From contig DAIEHA010000005.1 in the NCBI GenBank assembly GCA_027355945.1, forward strand, positions 3,067-67,066: 64,000 nt of DNA. The letters are read 5' to 3'. Shown one piece after another: positions 38,702-48,768 of this stretch (within the stretch, counting starts at the first letter, position 1; the number at the start of each line of letters is the position of its first letter). This DNA is from Candidatus Parcubacteria bacterium. Lineage in GTDB: Bacteria; Patescibacteriota; Minisyncoccia; UBA6257; 2-01-FULL-56-20. The position numbers and the translations under genes were made by a program. The notes under the pieces are model-generated. The model was not told the DNA's origin, ran no database searches, and saw nothing but the letters and a program-made list of their open reading frames with translations.

Positions 38702-39511
38702 TTACTTCTCCTGCGCCTTCGCAGCACCCTCGGCTTCCGCCTTCTTGGCGGCCTCCTGGGCCGCTGCAAGCGCCGCTGCCCTTGCCGTAGCGCCCGTTTC
38801 AAGCGCCTTGTCCATCTTCTTGAGGAACCATTCGATGCTGAGCTTCGCTTTGTCGTTTCCGGGGATGAGATAGTCGATAAGATCGGGATCCACGTCCACG
38901 TTCGCGAACGCGACAACCGGGATCTTCCTGATCTTCGCTTCGCGCACCGCCGTATCGTGGAGCACGGGATCGATCACGATGAGCACATCCGGTTCGCGGG
39001 TCAACGCCTCCAGGCCTCCCACGAGCTCTTCCAGCCGTCCAAGCTCCTTCTCGAGCTCAAGGCGCTCCTTCTTCGTATACTTGTCGAGCGCATGATTCGC
39101 GAAATCGGTGCGGAGCTTCTTCATGTAATCGATCCGCTTCGCGATGTTCCGATAATTCGTGATGGTACCTCCGACCCAGCGCGTCGTGACGTACGGAAGG
39201 GAATACTTCTTGGCGAGATCCGTGATGGCCTTGTCCGCGGCAGCCACCGCACCCACGAACAGCACGAGTCCTCCCTGGCGGATCTTTTCCACAACGAAAC
39301 CTGCCGCCTCCTCCACCGCATCCTCCGTCTTCTGGAGGTTGATGATCTCGATGCCCCCGCGGTTCGCGAGAACATACGATTTCATCTTGGGATTCGTCTT
39401 GCTCTTCTTGCGGCCATAGAAAACACCCGCGTCCATCATCTCGCGGGATGCCTCCGAAGGATACGCCTGCTGCGCAGCCTCGGCCTGTGGGGTGATTGTT
39501 TCGTCTGGCAT
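38702..39511 (-). CDS. rpsB: 30S ribosomal protein S2
   Basis: ...VTTRWVGGTITNYRNI... with an acidic/Ala-rich C-terminal tail. Confidence 0.9.
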   Translation of the reverse strand: MPDETITPQAEAAQQAYPSEASREMMDAGVFYGRKKSKTNPKMKSYVLANRGGIEIINLQKTEDAVEEAAGFVVEKIRQGGLVLFVGAVAAADKAITDLAKKYSLPYVTTRWVGGTITNYRNIAKRIDYMKKLRTDFANHALDKYTKKERLELEKELGRLEELVGGLEALTREPDVLIVIDPVLHDTAVREAKIRKIPVVAFANVDVDPDLIDYLIPGNDKAKLSIEWFLKKMDKALETGATARAAALAAAQEAAKKAEAEGAAKAQEK

Positions 39512-39568
39512 TACGAGGAAGATTATAGCAAACCAGTAGGAATGGTCAAGGCATGCCGCGGGAAACCG

Positions 39569-40621
39569 CTATCGGGAGACGAAAAAGAGCGCAAGACCGA
39601 GCACGGCAAAGATCGCCGAAACGATCCAAAATCGCATGGTCACCTGGGATTCCGGCCAGCCGAGAGCCTCAAAATGATGATGGATCGGCGCGGAACGGAA
39701 TACCTTCTTCCCGTGGCGGAGCTTCTTTGAGGCCACTTGGATGATGACCGAAAGCGACTCGATGACGAGGATGATCGCGAAGAACGGAAGGATGAGCGTG
39801 GTGTTCGTGAGCATCGCGATCGTACCGATCGTGACGCCGAGCGCCATGGAGCCGGTGTCACCCATGATGAACTTCGCCGGATAGATATTGTACCAGAGGA
39901 ATGCAAGCAGAGCCCCGATCGTCACGCCGCTGAACGCGGCAAGGTCGTAAAGGTGCAACGTGAACGCCACCGCGGTGAGCGCGAAAAAAGTGAAGAGGGA
40001 CACGCCCCCAAGAAGACCGTCGAGGCCGTCCGTCTCGTTGGCACTGAATGCCGACGCGAAGATGATGAAAATGAAGATGGGAAGGTACCACCAGCCGATC
40101 GTCACATTGCCCATGAAGGGAACGTCTATCGAATTCCAGCCGAGGCGGAAATAGAACCACCATGCGCCGATCCCGGCCGCCACGAGGTACATGATCGATT
40201 TATGACGGACCTTCATCCCTCCTCCGTCCGCACCCCCAAGGCGCAGCACGCCGAGCCAATCATCAAGAAGGCCGAGGAGGGCCGCGATGAGCATCGCCGC
40301 GATCGGAAGGTATGTCTCTCCCCTATTCACAAAACTGAAATAGTGCCACCATCCATCGAAGATATGGTTACCGATATCGAAGATGAGCGCGAGGCCGAGC
40401 ACCGTCGACCAGATGATCACGCCTGCGCCCGTGATCGTACCCTCTTTGTTCTTGTGGAGGCTCTGGAATACCGGCGTATCGCTACCGTTGCGCAGCTGTT
40501 TGCCGAAACGGTACTTTCTGAGCACCTTGAACCACAAAGGGGTCACAACGAGCGCGACGAGGAACGAGGTGGCGGTGAGAATGGTCACGCGAACGGCTTG
40601 AGGAAGAAGCAGCGAATGCAT
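39569..40621 (-). CDS. mraY: Phospho-N-acetylmuramoyl-pentapeptide transferase
   Basis: GT4 polytopic membrane protein with a PIHHHFE motif. Confidence 0.8.
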   Translation of the reverse strand: MHSLLLPQAVRVTILTATSFLVALVVTPLWFKVLRKYRFGKQLRNGSDTPVFQSLHKNKEGTITGAGVIIWSTVLGLALIFDIGNHIFDGWWHYFSFVNRGETYLPIAAMLIAALLGLLDDWLGVLRLGGADGGGMKVRHKSIMYLVAAGIGAWWFYFRLGWNSIDVPFMGNVTIGWWYLPIFIFIIFASAFSANETDGLDGLLGGVSLFTFFALTAVAFTLHLYDLAAFSGVTIGALLAFLWYNIYPAKFIMGDTGSMALGVTIGTIAMLTNTTLILPFFAIILVIESLSVIIQVASKKLRHGKKVFRSAPIHHHFEALGWPESQVTMRFWIVSAIFAVLGLALFFVSR

Positions 40622-40635
40622 GGGGCGTATATTCC

Positions 40636-41667
40636 TTATTTATAATCCATTTTAACCCAATCGAGCAGATTTGTGGTATCGGAGAACCGTTCCGCGGTGT
40701 CCCCCGCGCCAAGGACGATGATGAGGACCGGATTCCCGTCATAGCGGAACAGGGAAAGGAGGTTGTCCTTCGCTTCCGGGATGAACCCCGTCTTCCCCCC
40801 GATGAAACCCGGGGTTCCCGCAAAATCGTTGATGCTCCGCACGTCCGTTTTTACGCCGTTCGCATAATTCGCAATGACGATATCCGGCGTATCGGTGAAT
40901 TGGAGGATCGTGGGATAGCTTTGGTATACGTGGGTCGCGAGGATCGCGAGATCGTGCGCCGTCGATTCGTTCGCCGAGGAAAGTCCCGAAGGATCGTCGA
41001 AATAGGTATCACGCATCCCCCATGCCTTGGCGCGCGCATTCATCTCCTGGAGGAATTGCGTACGACCGTAATAATCGGCGAACGCCTCCGCAGCGACATT
41101 GCTCGAAGGCATGAGCATCACGTGGAGCAGGTCGTACACGCTATACGTGCCGTTTACGACGAGATGCCCCTCTTCGGGGTCCACCGCCATCATCTGGGGA
41201 GTGATCGTGATCCTCGTATCCATGCTGAAATGATCGAGTACGAGCGTCGCCGTCATGAGCTTCGTGAGCGATGCGGTGGGCCATCGGACGTTCTGATCCA
41301 CGTCCGCAAGATCCACGCCGTTCGTGATATCGCGCACAAGAAGCTCCTCGCGCATAAACTCCGGCACGGCCGTGGTCGCCACCCGCTGGAAGACCGATGC
41401 CGTCGTATCCATCTCGCCGTAATAAGGCGTCGTCGACGAGGGCGTCCCTGAAGGACCTCCTCCCACGGGGTTCGCGCTTGCGATCGCGGCAGGCGCACCA
41501 AGCGACGCCGCGCCGGGCCCGAGCACGATATGCGGCGCATACGCCGTCCCCGATGCCCCCTGCGCCTGCGGCGCGGCGGAAAGATCGACGTACCATATGC
41601 GCGCCACGAGCACCACGATCGCGGCGAGCAGCAGGAACACGAGCTTTTGTGATTTTCCTCCGGTCAT
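40636..41667 (-). CDS. D-alanyl-D-alanine carboxypeptidase (S11, PBP5/6-like)
   Basis: N-terminal anchor. SLTKLMTATLVLDH (SxxK), SSN, and KTG-like motifs. Confidence 0.75.
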   Translation of the reverse strand: MTGGKSQKLVFLLLAAIVVLVARIWYVDLSAAPQAQGASGTAYAPHIVLGPGAASLGAPAAIASANPVGGGPSGTPSSTTPYYGEMDTTASVFQRVATTAVPEFMREELLVRDITNGVDLADVDQNVRWPTASLTKLMTATLVLDHFSMDTRITITPQMMAVDPEEGHLVVNGTYSVYDLLHVMLMPSSNVAAEAFADYYGRTQFLQEMNARAKAWGMRDTYFDDPSGLSSANESTAHDLAILATHVYQSYPTILQFTDTPDIVIANYANGVKTDVRSINDFAGTPGFIGGKTGFIPEAKDNLLSLFRYDGNPVLIIVLGAGDTAERFSDTTNLLDWVKMDYK

Positions 41668-41690
41668 TACGGGTGATTTTTAGATGACGC

Positions 41691-42278
41691 TCACGCCTTC
41701 GAGACGCCTTCCGCGGATCCCGGTTCGAACACCTTCAACAGCTCACGGAACTTCTCATAATCGGGAAGTTCCCCGCTCTCCTTCACCCCGAGATGCTTCA
41801 TAAGGTCGAATGTGGGGCGATAGAGAAACGACGCTGGATGTTCGGGGTCGGGCAACCGTTCGACGAGACCCCGGATCGCGAGGCTCCGCAGGATGACGCT
41901 CGAATTCACCCCTCGAAGATATTCGAGCTTGGCGCGCGAGAGAGGGCCGAGATATGCGATGATGGCGAGCGCCTCGAGCGACGCCGCGGACAGATCCTCC
42001 GAGACCTCTTCCTTCACGAACGCCTCAAGGATGCCGTTGAACTCCGGCTTTGTGGCGAGCTGCACCTTCTCGCGATCGGAAATGAGCTGGAGGCCGCGAT
42101 CCTCTGCGGCAAGCGACGCCGCGAATTCCGCAACAAGCGCCTCCGCCTCCTCCTTCGTACCCACGCCCAGCACCTCCTGCACCTTCTTATATGCGAGCGG
42201 TTCCCCGTGTATGAAAAGCAGCGCTTCGAGGGCGGCTCGCGGATTTGTTGTTCCTTTTTCCTTCGGAAAATCGCTCAT
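41691..42278 (-). CDS. scpB: Segregation and condensation protein B
   Basis: ALEALLFIHGEPL ... winged-helix pair. Confidence 0.8.
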   Translation of the reverse strand: MSDFPKEKGTTNPRAALEALLFIHGEPLAYKKVQEVLGVGTKEEAEALVAEFAASLAAEDRGLQLISDREKVQLATKPEFNGILEAFVKEEVSEDLSAASLEALAIIAYLGPLSRAKLEYLRGVNSSVILRSLAIRGLVERLPDPEHPASFLYRPTFDLMKHLGVKESGELPDYEKFRELLKVFEPGSAEGVSKA

Positions 42279-43057
42279 TTTTTCTTCACCAGTATATCAG
42301 AAAACGCCTCGATCTGCTCGAGGAGCACGAGCTGTTCCCGTGCGAGATGCAGGAGTGCGAGAAAGACCACGACCTGTTCGCCTTTCGTCCCCGCCTTCGA
42401 GAGATTCCCGAAATGCAGATCTCCCTCCTTCTCGATCCTCCCCAGCACCTCCGAGATCTTCTCCTCGAGCGTGACGATCCTCTCCCGTATGGTCTCCGTC
42501 TCCAGCTCATAGGTCTTGATCGTCTCAAAGATGCGGCCGAGCGCCTCGGCAAGCACCTCCGTACCGAGACCTGCGCCGGGATAGAAGATGGCGTGCTCCG
42601 CGATGAAGGCGCTTTTCCCGGCGAGATACGCGCGACTGTAGGAACGATGGCTCTCATGCCAAAGCGTGTGGAGCATCCTGAGCGCCGGCTTCAATTCCTG
42701 ATAGATCCTCAGGCGCTCCTCAAGATCCTTGATGTCCGCCTCTTCCTCCTCGGAAAGCGGGAGTCCCGGCAGGAGGTATTTCGATTTCAGGAATATGAGC
42801 CTGCTTGCGACCGCGACAAAATCCGCAAGAAGACGGAGATCCGCACGGAACGGCTGTCCGAACGAATCTTCGGGAAGCGCCTCGGGAAGCACCTCCGCGA
42901 CCCCGATCGCGCTCTTCAGATCCTCGAGATAGCGTAGGAATCCATCCGTGACCCTCGCAAGGCTCACCGCATTGATGTCCATCTTCTCCTGCTCGATGAG
43001 CTCGAGGAGCTTGTCGAGCGGACCCTTGAATTCCCCAACCTGAAGTTCGTATGCCAT
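42275..43057 (-). CDS. scpA: Segregation and condensation protein A
   Basis: GPLDKLLELIEQEKMDINAVSLARVTDGFLRY. Its end overlaps the scpB start by 4 nt. Confidence 0.8.
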   Translation of the reverse strand: MAYELQVGEFKGPLDKLLELIEQEKMDINAVSLARVTDGFLRYLEDLKSAIGVAEVLPEALPEDSFGQPFRADLRLLADFVAVASRLIFLKSKYLLPGLPLSEEEEADIKDLEERLRIYQELKPALRMLHTLWHESHRSYSRAYLAGKSAFIAEHAIFYPGAGLGTEVLAEALGRIFETIKTYELETETIRERIVTLEEKISEVLGRIEKEGDLHFGNLSKAGTKGEQVVVFLALLHLAREQLVLLEQIEAFSDILVKKK

Positions 43058-43172
43058 CGCGCGTATCCGTTCCCCTCATCATACGGGAAAACCCACATGC
43101 GGGCAATGAAATCCGGGCCATTTGACGCATTCCCTGCCGTACTTCTATGATGCATGGAGAAGGAGATGCCCT

Positions 43173-43367
43173 ATGGCGCATTATAACCACGTGAAGACCA
43201 TAATCCTTTCCACCGTTCAGCCGAACCTCAACCACGACGCGATCTCGCTCGAACCCTCTTCCACCTCCATCGATGACTGCCTAAAGGATGGATGGGAGAT
43301 CGTGTCCGTGTTCCCGTGCGTCTTCACGAACACTGCAGCCGTCGTCGCGGTGCTCGGCAAGAATTGA
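43173..43367 (+). CDS. Hypothetical small protein
   Basis: ORF only (MAHYNHVKTIILSTV...). Confidence 0.2.
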   Translation: MAHYNHVKTIILSTVQPNLNHDAISLEPSSTSIDDCLKDGWEIVSVFPCVFTNTAAVVAVLGKN

Positions 43368-43442
43368 CCGCAGGAGATGTCCGGTAATCCCCCGGCGCGC
43401 TTCACCTTGAAGGCGCCGTTTTCTTTACCTTCGCGACGGGGG

Positions 43443-43448
43443 TATAAT
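43443..43448 (+). promoter_or_regulatory. TATAAT -10 box 6 nt upstream of the dnaX ATG (leaderless-type arrangement)
   Basis: gggggtataatggtcgcATG. Confidence 0.35.
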
Positions 43449-43454
43449 GGTCGC

Positions 43455-44591
43455 ATGACGCACGCGCTTTATAGGAAATACCGCCCCAAACGCCTTGAGG
43501 ATGTGCTCGGACAGGATACGAACATGGAGATCCTCAAGAACGCCGCAAAGGCGGGCCGCATCGGCCACGCATACATCTTCTACGGAGCCCGGGGCACCGG
43601 AAAGACGACGACCGCGCGCCTCATTGCAAAGCTTCTGAACTGCGAAAAACGCAGAAGCGATCCTGCGTTCGCTGCGGAAGGCGAACCCTGCAACGAGTGC
43701 CGCGAATGCCTCGCGGTCGATGCGCAGAATTCGATGGACGTGATCGAAATCGACGCCGCCTCGAACCGCGGCATCGACGAGATTCGGAACCTCAAAGAGA
43801 GCATTCGGACCGCGCCCGCCACGGGTGCATACAAGGTCTACATCATCGACGAGGCTCACATGCTCACGAATGCCGCATTCAATGCGCTCCTGAAGACCCT
43901 CGAGGAGCCGCCCGCCCACGCTGTGATCGTCATGGCGACCACCGAGTTCGAGAAGCTCCCTGCTACCATTACGTCGCGCGCGCAGCGCTTCACGTTCCGC
44001 AAACAGCCCAAGGCGATCATCATGGCAAAACTTGCGGCGATCGCAAAGGAGGAAGGGATCGCCATCGAACCATCCGCGCTCGAGCTCCTTGCCGCCGTAG
44101 GCGAAGGAAGCTTCCGCGACGCCGAGTCGCTCCTTGAACAGGTATCCTCCTTCGGGACCGGGGGCTCCCCCTCCTCCGCGGCGCGCGCGATCACCCTTGC
44201 CGACACCGAACGGATCACGGGGCGTACCGGCCTCCGCAAGGTGCATGGATTCGCCGAACTCCTCCTCGCAAAGGATGCAAAAGGCGCCCTCGCCTATCTG
44301 GCGGAACTCTCCGACGAAGGGCACAATCTCGTGCAATTTACCAAGGATCTCATCCATTATCTCCGCAAGACGCTTTCCCTTTCCGTGAATCCCTCGCTTG
44401 AGCCATCATTCGAGAAGGACCTCACCAAGGACGAGCTTGCAGCCATGAAGGTCCTCGGCGCCCAAAAGGGCGTGGACAATGCGATGCTCGTACGGATCAT
44501 CAAGGCACTCATCCGCGCCTATGCGGAGATGCGCTATTCCCCCTTTGCCGCCGTCCCCCTCGAGGTCATGCTCGTCGAGCAGCTTTCGTGA
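43455..44591 (+). CDS. dnaX: DNA polymerase III subunit gamma/tau (short)
   Basis: YRKYRPKRLEDVLGQD...IFYGARGTGKTTTARLIAKLLNC and a Cys4 zinc module. Confidence 0.8.
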   Translation: MTHALYRKYRPKRLEDVLGQDTNMEILKNAAKAGRIGHAYIFYGARGTGKTTTARLIAKLLNCEKRRSDPAFAAEGEPCNECRECLAVDAQNSMDVIEIDAASNRGIDEIRNLKESIRTAPATGAYKVYIIDEAHMLTNAAFNALLKTLEEPPAHAVIVMATTEFEKLPATITSRAQRFTFRKQPKAIIMAKLAAIAKEEGIAIEPSALELLAAVGEGSFRDAESLLEQVSSFGTGGSPSSAARAITLADTERITGRTGLRKVHGFAELLLAKDAKGALAYLAELSDEGHNLVQFTKDLIHYLRKTLSLSVNPSLEPSFEKDLTKDELAAMKVLGAQKGVDNAMLVRIIKALIRAYAEMRYSPFAAVPLEVMLVEQLS

Positions 44592-44616
44592 TCACCGCGC
44601 CCCGCATCGTTTTTTG

Positions 44617-44642
44617 ATATGAAAATCCCGCATGCGCATTGG
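44617..44642. terminator. Perfect 11-bp stem hairpin (cccgcatgcgc-attg-gcgcatgcggg) between convergent genes
   Basis: The inverted repeat has U-rich flanks on the minus-strand RNA, so it could serve as a terminator for the 44668-45141 gene and possibly dnaX. Confidence 0.45.
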
Positions 44643-44667
44643 CGCATGCGGGAATGAGATCCTCGCA

Positions 44668-45141
44668 TCATCTATCGAGTTTAGCCCGCCACCCGAGAAG
44701 CGTGGACGTGTGATCTATGCCCGGAGGGACCTTCTCGGCCAGGAGGTCCTCGAACTCGCGTTCGGTGAACACTGTCGTCGTATCCCCCTCTTCGATGATC
44801 CGCGCCGCGTCGTTCGCCTGGTCCTTATGCGCGTACGCATAGAGGTCCAACCAGTCGTCAATGAGGGGACCATCCCGATCCTCCTCGATCTTGCATGCGA
44901 ATGCGACGCCGAGCTCCGTGAGTGGCGTCCCGCACGCCTCTTTCGCGCCTCGGGGCCCCTGCTCCACATAAATATGCCGGATGCGCTCTTCAATGAGCAT
45001 CTCCGCTATCGGGCTTTTGATTTCCGCATATTGTTCGGGGGCCACGTCCACGAACACGGTCCATGCCGCTCCCATGACGATTATTCCGGCGATCGTTCCC
45101 GCCCAAAAACGGTCCCGCTGCCCACGTTCCCTATCCCGCAT
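44668..45141 (-). CDS. Hypothetical membrane-anchored protein
   Basis: N-terminal TM followed by a soluble domain. No motif recognised. Confidence 0.3.
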   Translation of the reverse strand: MRDRERGQRDRFWAGTIAGIIVMGAAWTVFVDVAPEQYAEIKSPIAEMLIEERIRHIYVEQGPRGAKEACGTPLTELGVAFACKIEEDRDGPLIDDWLDLYAYAHKDQANDAARIIEEGDTTTVFTEREFEDLLAEKVPPGIDHTSTLLGWRAKLDR

Positions 45142-45272
45142 ATGACCTCCTCTCCCTCTGCCAGCGTTATAACATAAAATAACAAATCCATCAAATACAC
45201 CCTTTTGAAGGATGCCGTTCTATTGAAAATTATCAGCTTCCCGCTATAATGATGAAGTTCGCGTTTTTTGCT

Positions 45273-45343
45273 TGCCGGGTCGTCTAATGGTAGGACTCCA
45301 GGTTCTGGCCCTGGGTATCTTGGTTCGAATCCAGGCCCGGCAG
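45273..45343 (+). tRNA. tRNA-Gln (anticodon CTG)
   Basis: Acceptor TGCCGGG/CCCGGCA (U1-A72 as in bacterial tRNA-Gln), anticodon stem CCAGG/CCTGG with loop TTCTGGC, and a TTCGAAT T-loop. Confidence 0.75.
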
Positions 45344-45462
45344 CACTCCGTTCACATCGCCATTTTTAGGTGCTTTTGCGATGCCATCAAATGGCGTTTT
45401 GTACTGTATTGACGCCACCTTTCGACTCTCAAGCGAAAGGTTCCGTTCCCGATTTCAATCTA

Positions 45463-45492
45463 TTGACATATATCATATAAATTGCGTATAAT
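45463..45492 (+). promoter_or_regulatory. Consensus sigma70-type promoter (TTGACA-18nt-TATAAT) followed by a GGAGG RBS and a GTG start
   Basis: ttgacatatatcatataaattgcgtataat, with ggagg at 45511-45515 and the GTG at 45522. Confidence 0.55.
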
Positions 45493-45521
45493 ATAGCCAC
45501 GATACCCATAGGAGGCGCATC

Positions 45522-46094
45522 GTGTTCCTTTCTATTTTGGCGGCTGTTTTTTCTGGAGTTGCTTACGTTCTGTACCTGCATCAGGTCTATGCCGGTGGCT
45601 CGGTACCGAATCCGGCATCATGGACGGTCTGGGCATTCCTCGCTGGCCTGAATGCGATCACCTTCTGGAAGGGATCGAAGGATGGTCTCGCGACGGCACA
45701 GTTCTTCACTGGTGCCGTGGGATGTTTCGGGGTCTGGGCTTTCGCGTTGAGCACGGGCAAGTTCGCCCCGCTTGATGCGATGGCGTGGATCGTACTCATC
45801 CTCTGCATCGCTGCATGTTTGGTCTGGTGGAAAACGAAGAATGCGATCTACGCAAATCTCGTTCTCGGCGGTACCCTCGCAGTATCGTTTATCCCCACCA
45901 TCGTGAGCGTATGGCAGGATGGAAGGATCGAGCAACCGATTCCGTGGGACTTGTGGACGGCGGCGTTCGCAGTCACCTCACTCAACGTACTCCGACGTAC
46001 CGATCGGATGAAACCGCGATGGTGGTTCCTGATGGTGGTGCCGATTCTCGGCGTCATTCTTCACGGAATTGTTGCCCTCGGCGTGGCGCGTTAA
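45522..46094 (+). CDS. Hypothetical polytopic membrane protein (~6 TM)
   Basis: Hydrophobic ORF with lower-GC codon usage than the core genes. Confidence 0.4.
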   Translation: MFLSILAAVFSGVAYVLYLHQVYAGGSVPNPASWTVWAFLAGLNAITFWKGSKDGLATAQFFTGAVGCFGVWAFALSTGKFAPLDAMAWIVLILCIAACLVWWKTKNAIYANLVLGGTLAVSFIPTIVSVWQDGRIEQPIPWDLWTAAFAVTSLNVLRRTDRMKPRWWFLMVVPILGVILHGIVALGVAR

Positions 46095-46118
46095 CTTAGG
46101 CTCAGAAAGGAGTCGGAC

Positions 46119-46409
46119 ATGCCCTTTGATAAATTGTTTTCACTCGATGGCCGTGCATGGTCAGCCAGCTTTGTAAACATCGTGGCGATGGCGCTTCAAT
46201 TCTGGGCGCTGTGGACGACAAACAACGTCGGCGGCACCTCACTCGGTATGCTTGCGATCTTCCTTTATGTGCAGATTACTTTTGCACAACTGGGGCGTCG
46301 CGACAAATCGTGGGCGTTATTCTGGGGGATGGCGATCAGCGGTGTTATTACGACCGCAATCATCCTCTTCGTGGTATACATCAAATACTTCAGCCATCTG
46401 CATCAGTAA
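46119..46409 (+). CDS. Small 3-TM membrane protein
   Basis: Hydrophobic ORF. A SemiSWEET/PQ-loop-like topology is possible but unproven. Confidence 0.3.
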   Translation: MPFDKLFSLDGRAWSASFVNIVAMALQFWALWTTNNVGGTSLGMLAIFLYVQITFAQLGRRDKSWALFWGMAISGVITTAIILFVVYIKYFSHLHQ

Positions 46410-46578
46410 GCCGGTCCCCGGCAAAAGCGGCGCTCTCCTATCTTGGAGGCGCCGCTATTTAATTTCTCTGAAATTCGTAGATAAATAAGTTCCCACAGCG
46501 TGCCACAAGGTCAGCAGCCGACACACTGAAGTCAGTTTCAAAAAAATTCAGCCGTGCTGCGCGGAGCGACGCGTATTG

Positions 46579-47607
46579 CTAGATCAGATCTTTGATAACC
46601 TTTGCGTCCAGCGTATACGCCCGCACGAACGAATCGTCGACATGCGCGTACAACAGGCCCTTCCCGTCCTTCTGTTCGACGAATTGGCTCGCAAAGGTGA
46701 TCGTTTTCGCTTCGCTATCCTGGATAAACGGCTCCGGTGAAACCCAATCGATCGTGCCGTGCTCATAGTCGTACAGGAAAAGACCGACGGAAAACATGCC
46801 ATATTTTATGTGGTCCCCTTCATGCTGGTTGGCCTCTCGGCCGTTCATGATACCTACCAGTTTTCCATCGCCGATATCGATGAAGCTTCTCGGTAACAAT
46901 GGCCCAGGCGATGCGTGGCCGGCGATCCAAGCGATGTCATGCTCCGCAGGGTGGAAGACCTCATCGCCCCATTCCCATGTTTTTCCCATATCGTGCACCC
47001 TCGCGACACGCACCGTCGAATAGCGATCCGTCTTGCGGTCGCTCGATTCAAACAGGTTATAGCGGAACCCCTTGCTGTTCAGCGGCGCGATCGACACCTC
47101 CTTGGCTCGTCCCTTTGGATCATCGGCCATGAGCACCGGTTCGGTCATCTCAAGCGCGTGGAGATCCCTGCCCACCGCATGTCCCACATGTGTGATCGTT
47201 CCCCCGCCACCCTTATGCCGAAGCGGAATGGTGAAATAGGCGTGCATCAGACCAGTTCCTTCGTCGACCCAAATATCCGGATCTTCGAGGCCGATGAAAT
47301 CAAATTCATCGCCGGCCAGCCGCGTTATGATCTCATCCTCGTGTTTCATCCTAAGGCGCTCGCCGATCTCAAAATGATCCGGCGAATCGCCCCTCACGAT
47401 ATGCAGTTCGCTGCGATCGACGTACCCTAGGATCTCCACGTCCCCGGTGCGGCTTGTTATGCAGCGAATGATGCCCTCGCGATGATCGGTTCGCGGATCG
47501 AGTGTGATCGCCATGACGTGCGCGAAACGCGCGTCCCGTTCAACGGCTTTCCCTGGATGCGCGATATAGCCTTTTTGTTTTTCCATGTTTCCCGTTTTTG
47601 CCGCCAT
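46579..47607 (-). CDS. Beta-propeller glycosidase/phosphorylase-like protein (GH130/GH43-clan-like)
   Basis: DHREG.., FIGLEDPDIWVDEG, and WIAGHASPG resemble 5-bladed beta-propeller glycoside hydrolase motifs. This is a weak call. Confidence 0.35.
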   Translation of the reverse strand: MAAKTGNMEKQKGYIAHPGKAVERDARFAHVMAITLDPRTDHREGIIRCITSRTGDVEILGYVDRSELHIVRGDSPDHFEIGERLRMKHEDEIITRLAGDEFDFIGLEDPDIWVDEGTGLMHAYFTIPLRHKGGGGTITHVGHAVGRDLHALEMTEPVLMADDPKGRAKEVSIAPLNSKGFRYNLFESSDRKTDRYSTVRVARVHDMGKTWEWGDEVFHPAEHDIAWIAGHASPGPLLPRSFIDIGDGKLVGIMNGREANQHEGDHIKYGMFSVGLFLYDYEHGTIDWVSPEPFIQDSEAKTITFASQFVEQKDGKGLLYAHVDDSFVRAYTLDAKVIKDLI

Positions 47608-47749
47608 TATGAGAATACTATCACTTTATGCGATTCTTGCCGTTAGGCGAGCGCAGTAAAAGCGGTTCCCCTCGCCGAGGCCCCGTCCTGGAAGTCGAAC
47701 TGCGAGGATTGCTATACTTAGAGAAAGGCCAAAACAATAAACAAATCAT

Positions 47750-48130
47750 ATGGACAATTCACTCGTCCTTATACAGATGATCGGCATCGGCTTCTTCGTC
47801 ATCGGCGTCGGAATGCTTATGAGAAGGAAGTCCATGTCATCCGTGCTTGAAAATGCCGTGCAGAATCCCGGAACTTTGTATCTCATGGGGATCGTCGCGC
47901 TCATTCTCGGCGTTGTCATGACGGCATCCCGGGCGGCATGGTCGGGATGGCAGTTGCTTGTCGCGCTCATCGGCTGGTTGGCGCTTGCAAAGGGCACCGT
48001 CATCATCCTCTTCCCGGAATCCATAGCTTCCCTCTATCGAAGGATGAATAAGCCCGGCGTGTTCGCCGTGGGAGGCATCGTCATAGTCGTGATCGGGTTG
48101 TTCTTCATGTGGATAGGGTTCGGATGGTGA
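47750..48130 (+). CDS. Hypothetical membrane protein (4 TM)
   Basis: Hydrophobic ORF. Confidence 0.35.
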   Translation: MDNSLVLIQMIGIGFFVIGVGMLMRRKSMSSVLENAVQNPGTLYLMGIVALILGVVMTASRAAWSGWQLLVALIGWLALAKGTVIILFPESIASLYRRMNKPGVFAVGGIVIVVIGLFFMWIGFGW

Positions 48131-48183
48131 CCCCCCTGTCTACCCGTTGCCATTAAAGGACCGGATCGTATAAACCCAACACC

Positions 48184-48768
48184 ATGAATCCAAAAGTCTC
48201 TGGCGTCCTCATCTTCGTGATCGTACTCGCGACGTTCATCACGGGCGCGATCGCGTATCCGTACATTGGCAGCCCTGCACCCGTTTTCGGCATACCGATC
48301 GCGCTCCTCATGCTTTGGGGGCTCTGGGCGCTCTTGCCCGCGGTCGATCCGATCGCAAAGGGTTTCCCCGGTTTCCGCTATATCTACGACTTCATCTGGA
48401 TCCTGCTCTCTGCAGTGCTCGCCTACGCCTACGCACTTACGCTCGGCAAATCGCTCGGTGGACAGGTGAACGTGCTTCACGCGGTCATGCCGGCGATCGC
48501 CGCGCTCTTCTTCATTATCGGCATGCTGCTGCCGCGCATCCGGCGCAACTGGTTCTTCGGCATCCGAACTCCTTGGACGCTTTCCTCGGATGAGGATTGG
48601 ATGAAGACGCACAGATTCGGGCGTCCCGTGTTCATGATCGCAGGCGTGCTTATCCTGATCGGAGTGTTCATGCCGCGCGCCTGGAGCAAGGGATTCCTCA
48701 TCGGTCCGATTCTTGCCGGCGCTATCGCGTGCGTCATCTACTCCTATCTCGTCTTTCGCCGCAAATAG
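48184..48768 (+). CDS. SdpI/YhfL-family membrane protein (immunity-protein family)
   Basis: NWFFGIRTPWTLSSDEDW matches the SdpI/YhfL signature. About 6 TM. Confidence 0.55.
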   Translation: MNPKVSGVLIFVIVLATFITGAIAYPYIGSPAPVFGIPIALLMLWGLWALLPAVDPIAKGFPGFRYIYDFIWILLSAVLAYAYALTLGKSLGGQVNVLHAVMPAIAALFFIIGMLLPRIRRNWFFGIRTPWTLSSDEDWMKTHRFGRPVFMIAGVLILIGVFMPRAWSKGFLIGPILAGAIACVIYSYLVFRRK

